From IMG/VR virus record IMGVR_UViG_3300022181_000005, positions 1-38,025 of that record: a DNA stretch of 38,025 nucleotides; one strand, written 5' to 3'. The number at the start of each line of letters is the position of its first letter. The first letter of the stretch is position 1. The notes beneath the pieces were generated by a model. The model was not told the DNA's origin and ran no database searches. It saw only the letters and a list, made by a program, of their open reading frames with translations. The position numbers and the translations under genes were made by a program. Shown piece by piece: positions 34,071 to 38,025 of the stretch. The stretch comes from a virus (taxonomy: Duplodnaviria; Caudoviricetes).

Positions 34071-34380
34071 CTTAAAACTCCAGAAGTTTTCTGTCAAGAA
34101 AAAAGTACCGGATAGAGAACTCTTTGGTGAAGCTCGTTTGACAGTCTGCCGCAATATGTGGAAACCATTACAAGTCGGTAGGTTTATAGCCTTTATCAAG
34201 GGCTCGGAACCGGGGTTGGTATTTGTCTATGAGTTCTGATACAGGAACTGAAGGATTTCTTTCTCGCCTAACCCAGCTTATTGGTGATAAAAAGCCGTTT
34301 CGCTGGGCTGCAGATGTTGGCATTTCGAAGGGGGCCTTCGATCGAATATGGAACAAAGGAACAGTTCCGAGTGCAGAACT
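34062..34380. promoter_or_regulatory. Operator-like palindromes AGTTC-N8-GAACT
   Basis: Perfect copies at 34232-34249 and 34363-34380; one-mismatch copies at 34062-34079 and 34104-34121. Confidence 0.65.
34069..34097 (-). promoter_or_regulatory. Early (lytic) promoter
   Basis: TTGACA (34097-34092), N17, TAAGAT (34074-34069). Confidence 0.8.
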
Positions 34381-34753
34381 CTTGGTGCGTATTCACAATG
34401 CTACAGGAGTCTCGATCGATTGGCTACTCACAGGACAGGGACCACGTAGCGCATTAGAGGTGTTGTTTGAGCCGGGTCCCGGACGCATTTCTGAAAAGAT
34501 CCAACCAGTATTCGAGGCGTTCATGGAGGTGATGACCTCGGAGGAACCAGGGACAATACTGGCCCTCACGCAAAACACATACGAGTTTCGAGACAAGATA
34601 CGGCTCCAGAAGGAGCTCGCCAATATGAAAGAAGATATGGATGCCATCAAGAGGCGGCTTTTCGATGAGCCCAGGGAGACTGACTTGAAAACCGCGGGAT
34701 CACAAGGGGTGAGTCGACAACCGGAGAACAAACATCGCGTGGGCGGGGAATAA
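34229..34753 (+). CDS. CI-like XRE repressor
   Basis: 'F..RL..LIG.......WA..VGISKG........P....L..I....GVSIDWLLTG.G' motif. No S24 peptidase domain visible. Confidence 0.88.
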   Translation: MSSDTGTEGFLSRLTQLIGDKKPFRWAADVGISKGAFDRIWNKGTVPSAELLVRIHNATGVSIDWLLTGQGPRSALEVLFEPGPGRISEKIQPVFEAFMEVMTSEEPGTILALTQNTYEFRDKIRLQKELANMKEDMDAIKRRLFDEPRETDLKTAGSQGVSRQPENKHRVGGE

Positions 34754-34979
34754 TTAGAGTTATCGATGGGGGCCGGAATGATCAGGTCGCGAGGGACAGC
34801 ATTTATGATAGGTGGGAGCGGATCCGGCAGCGTGGCATCGCCCTGATCTACACGAATCCCTGTAGGTTCTTCTGGCTCCACGATTTAATAGAATGGTGCA
34901 TTAACCGTTCTTATCTGCAAGCACATCATAAGTCATAATCCATCAATAGAACGGAAATCATAATTTAGGGAGATGAAGA

Positions 34980-35525
34980 TTGTCCACGAAAAACGATGGA
35001 TCAGAGTTGCGAAGACCTGTTACGAAAAAAGACATTGTGGTGGGTATCGTGGTGTGCTGCCTGATGTTGGTGATAGCAGTCTACTTTCTTGCCGGCGGGG
35101 ACAGCAAAACCTCATCAGAAGTCAACCGCCCGGCCCCGCAACCTCGAGCTCCTGTAGAAACCGAATCGCAGTTCATGGAATCAACCAGGTCAATTCAGGG
35201 CAAACAGGACGGGAATGGGATCTTCATAAAGGAATACCTGAAGAACCCGAAGAAATTTGCCGGTATCAGGCTGAACGTGGTTGGGAAGATCATGGAAATA
35301 GAAGAAAGTGGCGGCCGAACAGGTCTGCAGATGTACGTAAACAGAAACTATGACACGGTGATAGTCCAGTATCCGGGAAGCGTTGCCTTTTACAAGGACG
35401 ATCTGATACGAGTTTATGGGATCGGTGCGGGCGTTTTTGAAGGGCAGAACAGGTTCGGCGCCACGATAACAGTGCCCCTGATCGAGGCAAAATATATAAA
35501 GAAGTTCGTGCGGAACGAAAAATAG
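34980..35525 (+). CDS. Single-pass membrane protein with OB-fold-like periplasmic domain (possible superinfection exclusion)
   Basis: TM at about aa 19-37. 'LKNP.KF.G......GK..EI.E', 'DD.I.VYG...G...G.N..GA....P.I.A' motifs. Lies downstream of the repressor. Confidence 0.7.
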   Translation: MSTKNDGSELRRPVTKKDIVVGIVVCCLMLVIAVYFLAGGDSKTSSEVNRPAPQPRAPVETESQFMESTRSIQGKQDGNGIFIKEYLKNPKKFAGIRLNVVGKIMEIEESGGRTGLQMYVNRNYDTVIVQYPGSVAFYKDDLIRVYGIGAGVFEGQNRFGATITVPLIEAKYIKKFVRNEK

Positions 35526-35639
35526 CACAATTCAATCAGCCAACCTGGGCGGCAACGGCCTGGGAAGTCATTGAAGCACAGCTTTAGAATGAAAGAGGCT
35601 ATTGTCTCGTCAGTATAAAAACATAACCGGGGGTAACCG

Positions 35640-36983
35640 ATGAGAGAAAAGTTTTCGAATACCGGTCTCATACCTGTTTCTCAGATTTATCTCGATCAAA
35701 GGAACTATAGGCTCGGACCTACGGAAAACCAATTAGAATCTATAGACTTGATGTTCGAAGTATTCGGTAACAAGATTGTCAAATTGGCGGAGCATATGGC
35801 AAGAGAGGGGCTTTCACCAAAACCGATTGTGGTACTCAAGGATGGCGATGGTCACTGGGTGGTCAAGGACGGGAATAGAAGAATAACCGCACTCAAAGTT
35901 CTTAATAATCCTTCAGAAGCCCCGACAGATCACTACAAGCACATCTTCGAGGACCTCAAGAGTAATACTGATAGGAACAAAGGCCTTGATAAGGTCGATT
36001 GTTTAACAGCAGACGAAGAAACCGTTAGAAAATACATGGAATTAGAACACATGGGACCCCAAGACGGTATAGGACAAATTAACTGGGGCGCCATCGAGAA
36101 AGAGAATTTGTTGGCTGATTCTGGCGAAAAGTACGCATATCCCCAGGGAATGGCAGTCCGGGAATACCTTATTTCCAAGGGTGTAGCAGAGGCGAAGAAC
36201 ATACCGATCACTAATATACAGCGCTTATTCGGCGATGCAGACATAACCGAAGCCCTCGGGATGAAATGGAGTGGCGAACAATTTGTCTTTCACTCCAAGG
36301 AAGAGGAGCTCTTTGAGGTTGTGAAGACTATTTGTCTCGATTTTATCAAGAAGGATAAGGGGGTGAAGAATATCTACCACAAGGAAGACCGGACAGCATA
36401 CTTGAATGAGCTTTTTAAAACCCGGGGGTTGAAACAGCCTGCCATATTAAAAAGTTCACAATCATTCGCTGGCACCTCGAGTGGAACACAGTCGCAGAAC
36501 GCTGCCCAGAGTTCGGCAACCGGGAATGTTCCCCTTAAGACTAAGCTACCCCAAGACCGTGGGCGCGTCATTCAGCGAGGGTTAAGCCTTCCTGTGCCGG
36601 ATGAGGAAATTAAAATCAACACAATCCTTGTGGAATTAGGATCAAGGATCGATGTGAGGAAGGCTACTATTGCGGCGAGTGTTCTGCTGCGTCTTCTGAT
36701 CGAATACAGTGTTGAGAGCTATGCAAAACGTAACGGTATAACACAGGGCAAGAATGAACACCTACATCATATGATTGACAAGACCGCTCAGAAAATGAAG
36801 AGTGATGGCAACATCAATCAGAAACAACTGCAACAGCTACAAAAAATGAAGAACTCTGACGAGCTATTATCTGCCCATACATTAAATGCATGGATACACA
36901 ATCGTACATTCATCCCGGATTCAAGGCAGGTTTGCACATTCTGGGATAACATACGTTTCTTTCTTTTTTATTGTTGGAAATAA
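35640..36983 (+). CDS. ParB/Srx-like N-terminal domain plus HEPN-like C-terminal domain
   Basis: N-terminal 'LD..NYR' and 'VVKDGNRRITALK'; C-terminal 'A.SVLLR.LIE' and 'LNAWIHN'. Lower GC. Confidence 0.75.
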   Translation: MREKFSNTGLIPVSQIYLDQRNYRLGPTENQLESIDLMFEVFGNKIVKLAEHMAREGLSPKPIVVLKDGDGHWVVKDGNRRITALKVLNNPSEAPTDHYKHIFEDLKSNTDRNKGLDKVDCLTADEETVRKYMELEHMGPQDGIGQINWGAIEKENLLADSGEKYAYPQGMAVREYLISKGVAEAKNIPITNIQRLFGDADITEALGMKWSGEQFVFHSKEEELFEVVKTICLDFIKKDKGVKNIYHKEDRTAYLNELFKTRGLKQPAILKSSQSFAGTSSGTQSQNAAQSSATGNVPLKTKLPQDRGRVIQRGLSLPVPDEEIKINTILVELGSRIDVRKATIAASVLLRLLIEYSVESYAKRNGITQGKNEHLHHMIDKTAQKMKSDGNINQKQLQQLQKMKNSDELLSAHTLNAWIHNRTFIPDSRQVCTFWDNIRFFLFYCWK

Positions 36984-37012
36984 TGCTGGCCAATCAAATC
37001 CTATTATGATAT

Positions 37013-37885
37013 ATGAAGCAAGAGAGGCGGGCCGTGCATATATTTTCACCTTTACGTTACCCTGGTGGCAAAGGCAAACTTGCCGCGTTCATTAAGAAAA
37101 CGTTCCATTATAATAATTTCTGCGATGGCCGGTATATTGAGCCTTATGCAGGCGGAGCAGCTGTTGCGCTATCTCTTTTACTCGAAGGCTACGCCCGAGA
37201 AATAGTGATCAATGACATCGATCCAGCAGTCTTCGGGTTCTGGTGGACAGTTCTAAATGATACGGAGGCACTTTCCCGCAAGATCCAGGACACACCCGTC
37301 AATATGGAGACCTGGCACGAGCAAAGGAACATTTACCGTAATAGAGATCAATACTCCTTAGAGGATGTGGGGTTTGCCACGTTTTTTCTCAACAGAACTA
37401 ACAGATCTGGAATTATTAAGGGGGGAGTTATTGGGGGGCAGAAGCAGGACGGACCATACAAGCTGGATGCCCGATTCAACAAGAAAGAACTCATTGACAG
37501 GATCGAATTGATCGCCGGATATCGGGGACGCATTATTCTCCAGAATCTTGATGCCTATGACCTGATTGAGACTCTTTTGCCAACGATGCCGCCCAAGGTT
37601 CTCATCTATTTCGATCCGCCTTATTTCAAGAAAGGTAAATCCCTCTATAAGAACTTCTATACACCGGGCGATCATGCGAGAATGGCAAGTTACATTCGCC
37701 AGCTGAACCATCCCTGGATAGTAACCTACGACAATACACCGGAGATCAGGAAACTCTATGAAGGGAATCATCAAGTAGGGTTTGACATTTCCTACTCTGC
37801 ACATTTGAGCCGGCCGCGTGGGGAAGAGGTTATGTTCTATCAGGGCCTCGATTTGCCGATCCTACCGTATACCAGAAAGCCCTGA
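37013..37885 (+). CDS. DNA adenine methyltransferase (D12/Dam-like class)
   Basis: 'SPLRYPGGK', 'EPYAGGA', 'INDID', 'LNRTNRSGI', 'YFDPPY' motifs. Start may be GTG 37034. Confidence 0.93.
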   Translation: MKQERRAVHIFSPLRYPGGKGKLAAFIKKTFHYNNFCDGRYIEPYAGGAAVALSLLLEGYAREIVINDIDPAVFGFWWTVLNDTEALSRKIQDTPVNMETWHEQRNIYRNRDQYSLEDVGFATFFLNRTNRSGIIKGGVIGGQKQDGPYKLDARFNKKELIDRIELIAGYRGRIILQNLDAYDLIETLLPTMPPKVLIYFDPPYFKKGKSLYKNFYTPGDHARMASYIRQLNHPWIVTYDNTPEIRKLYEGNHQVGFDISYSAHLSRPRGEEVMFYQGLDLPILPYTRKP

Positions 37886-37984
37886 CCTTTGACGCGCGCC
37901 AAAATACTTAGAATCAAATACCCTTTGAAAATAACTCCCAAAGATCTCTTCCGTAAGGTAACCGTAAGATTATTCAAGACCAGT

Positions 37985-38025
37985 TTATAACATTTTCACG
38001 GACTTGGTTATCGCACCCCCCTACA
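37985..38025 (-). repeat. Terminal imperfect inverted repeat (repressor end)
   Basis: Reverse complement matches 1-41; ends in CA. Confidence 0.9.

Noticed and set aside
37889-37919. Outward promoter at the right end (TTGACG...TAGAAT) and a 12-bp match TTAGAATCAAAT with 33308-33319
   Set aside because: The spacer is only 14 bp, and a single AT-rich 12-mer match may be chance.

Overview
The window is an apparently complete, about 38.0-kb Mu-like transposable (pro)phage with a contractile tail. It is bounded by TGTAG...CTACA imperfect terminal inverted repeats and is shown reversed relative to the Mu map. Reading on the - strand from right to left: Ner/Cro, early regulators, DDE transposase, ExeA/AAA ATPase, Gam, small accessory genes, GemA, Mor, lysis, terminase, portal, MuF, head, tail, baseplate and tail fibre. 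A D12/Dam-like methylase sits where Mu has mom. On the + strand at the right end are the repressor and lower-GC cargo: an OB-fold membrane protein, a ParB-like/HEPN-like protein and a second adenine methylase. The most striking unannotated features are five: (i) a MuF protein fused to a predicted BECR-type RNase, with no immunity ORF but a convergent promoter driving a small two-hairpin RNA; (ii) an 80-nt cloverleaf antisense RNA plus an anti-Shine-Dalgarno element in the leader of the terminal methylase; (iii) a (GA)13 tract that toggles a Zn-ribbon/wHTH fusion just upstream of gemA-mor; (iv) a palindromic spacer exactly at the genome midpoint, a strong-gyrase-site candidate; (v) two distinct operator-like repeat sets. 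All protein family calls come from motifs and synteny recognised by eye; no searches were run.
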